DNA of 64,000 nucleotides. Origin: Schmidtea polychroa. Taxonomy: Eukaryota. Made by a program: the position numbers and the translations under genes. This document shows positions 62,085 to 64,000 of this stretch, one piece after another (within the stretch, counting starts at the first letter, position 1; every line of letters starts with the position of its first letter). The notes beneath the pieces are model-generated. The model was given only the letters and a program-made list of their open reading frames with translations, was not told the origin of the DNA and made no database searches. The stretch is from assembly GCA_044892525.1 (NCBI GenBank), contig CM097886.1, positions 107,322,001 to 107,386,000 on the forward strand, given 5' to 3'.

Positions 62085-63223
62085 TATAATTTCAAACTTG
62101 TTAGAGGATCATAGAAGTGTATGACTGTGAAAGTTTACATACATCGTTACCCTTGGTGACTGGTGCAAAGTAAACTCGTTCCCTCTAATATCATAACTTG
62201 ATTGTCATTCATCTTAAACCCAAATCAGCAACATGCTTTAATAAACCTGTACTCACCATAAATGACGTTGGTAGGCTGGAAACTGGATGGAACTCAAAAA
62301 TATAGTTGAACACTCATTGGACTTGCTGATTCTCCAGGTTCCCTGAGTCCAAGATGTCGACACCAACTCTTTCCTTCCAGGGACGTCCATCATTACTAAA
62401 CCCAATGAATGCTTAATATTTTCATGATTAGAAACACAATTATTGAAACGAATGATATGTAATTTCTAAACTAAAACAAAACTCTATTATTCGCAATAAT
62501 ATAGGATGTCTCTACAGAAATGTTAAGTTGATATTCCCGTACAAATATATATATATATATACTCACATGAGTACATCTACACACATACACGCATATTTTC
62601 CCTTTAGATGAGGTCCTATTTTTAACCAGAGACATCCCACTGACAACTGTATGACCCCAACATCACTCACCTTATTATGATGGTTTAATTCATCCGACCG
62701 CATCCTATATAATTGGCCAATTAATCAATTAAAGTTTTTGAAAAATCCTGTTAATTCTGTTGGGTATTTTGTGCAAGTCGGTATTACTGTCTGACTCCTT
62801 TGTGTTCTTTTCAAAGTAAATAAACGACCCAACACAAAATCTTTATTTAAGACTGATACCGTTACACTTTAGTTACACTTTTTTAATTCAACCGCACTTG
62901 ACACAACCCCTTTTGGTCTGCACTTTTCAATACAACTACAAATCTCACGCAAGGAAAGATCTTCCAGTGGGAGATGTCCCTTTCTGGTACGTTCGATTTA
63001 AATTATCCAATTGCTACTAACTTTAACGTTTTCTTTGTCGCTCTCGCTAAACTTTTTGTTTTCTTTTTCTTCGACCAACTGGCAATTTTGTTTTCTTGTC
63101 AGTCGCTTTTATACCCATTTTGTAATTGATTTTACTTTGTCGGATTAGTCTGGATCCAACTTCCTCCCGGGCTTCCTCTCGTTGCTCTAATTCGCTTTGA
63201 GGAATTTGCCCGTCACCTTTAAA

Positions 63224-63773
63224 AAGTTTAAAATAATAAATTAATAAAATTCAACCTTTTTTGATAAATTTTGAGGTTAACGGATATCAAATTGAGAATT
63301 TTAAACAAACGGAGTCTCGCGTTTCTCTTGTCTCAGTTTCCCATTGTCTCAGGTTTCCCATTAGCTCGGGTTCTCCATTAGTTGATTAATTTTTATTAAT
63401 TTTTGTTTTTTGTAATTTATTCTTTCTAGGGACCCCCATTGATTTTATTTTATTATATTTGAACTCGTCTCATTATTTAGCATCCGCCCATACCAGTTTA
63501 CCCGAAAAATATTCATTTTTAATTTTTTTTAATTTTTAATTAATATTTTGTACTTTAAATTTTTATTGTGAATTTGTGTTTTTATTGATTTTCCACCTCA
63601 TTTTCGTGTCTCTCCTGTTGAACCACAACAATTCCTACGATGTAATTTTTAGATAAAACGCCCAAAATGGAAATTTTAGAAATTCCGTTTGTTTAAAATT
63701 CTCAATTTGATATCCGTTAACCTCAAAATTTATCAAAAAAGGTTGAATTTTATTAATTTATTATTTTAAACTT
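63224..63773. mobile_element. MITE-like element with 90-bp terminal inverted repeats
   Basis: 63224-63313 is the reverse complement of 63684-63773; the interior is non-coding. Confidence 0.8.
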
Positions 63774-64000
63774 GGAATATTTCTTTTTAGGAAACAAATA
63801 TAAGCTGATTCAAAGGAAGTAGGAGAAAGAGAGGATTCTTGCCGATTTATTGATATGTGGTTGGATCGTAAAAATTGAGAATTCGAAACTTCGGAAGAAA
63901 ATTTGTTCGGGTTAAAAATTTGGAAAATTCGTAATTTAGTGCGCGATAAGTCAATTGCATAAATTCTTGATTTATTGATTATATATTTATAGGGTATATC

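Noticed and set aside
62430-63200. Possible LTR remnant after the gap
   Set aside because: Has a polyA-like signal and LTR-like composition, but no definable termini, PBS or partner copy.

Overview
About 56 kb of this window (1-55825) is a head-to-tail array of one giant Ty3/Gypsy LTR retroelement on the minus strand. The repeat unit is 26,412 bp and adjacent copies share LTRs: LTR(partial, 1-3001) - internal - LTR(25184-29413) - internal - LTR(51596-55825) - AT-rich host DNA. The LTRs are 4,230 bp, end in TGTTGG...CCAACA, and are followed by an 18-nt tRNA-Pro-type primer-binding site. Each internal region has one intact 4,624-aa ORF. Its order is Gag (3 CCHC knuckles), three ubiquitin/SUMO-like domains, a Bcl-2-like domain, a signal peptide plus chuvirus-like envelope glycoprotein, protease, RT, RNase H, integrase, two ankyrin modules, and a C-terminal membrane protein. 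Env therefore lies between gag and pol in one frame. Separate sense-strand accessory ORFs include a full-length TRAF (RING-ZnF-coiled coil-MATH), an IAP-type RING gene in the 5' leader, coiled-coil and membrane ORFs, and an ORF inside the LTR. Most accessory ORFs start just after a 3'-splice-acceptor-like YAG, and several carry in-frame stops (5 TGA, 1 TAG) while the polyprotein is intact. The overall picture is an enveloped, virus-like retroelement with an apoptosis/innate-immunity gene kit in an AT-rich animal genome. From memory, the giant 'Burro' Gypsy elements of planarians have a similar long polyprotein with extra domains, so this may be a relative; I could not check this. The remaining 8 kb is AT-rich host DNA with decayed Gypsy fragments, a MITE-like inverted repeat, a 287-aa ORF and a 134-N gap. 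All domain calls come from visual motif matching; no searches or alignments were run.
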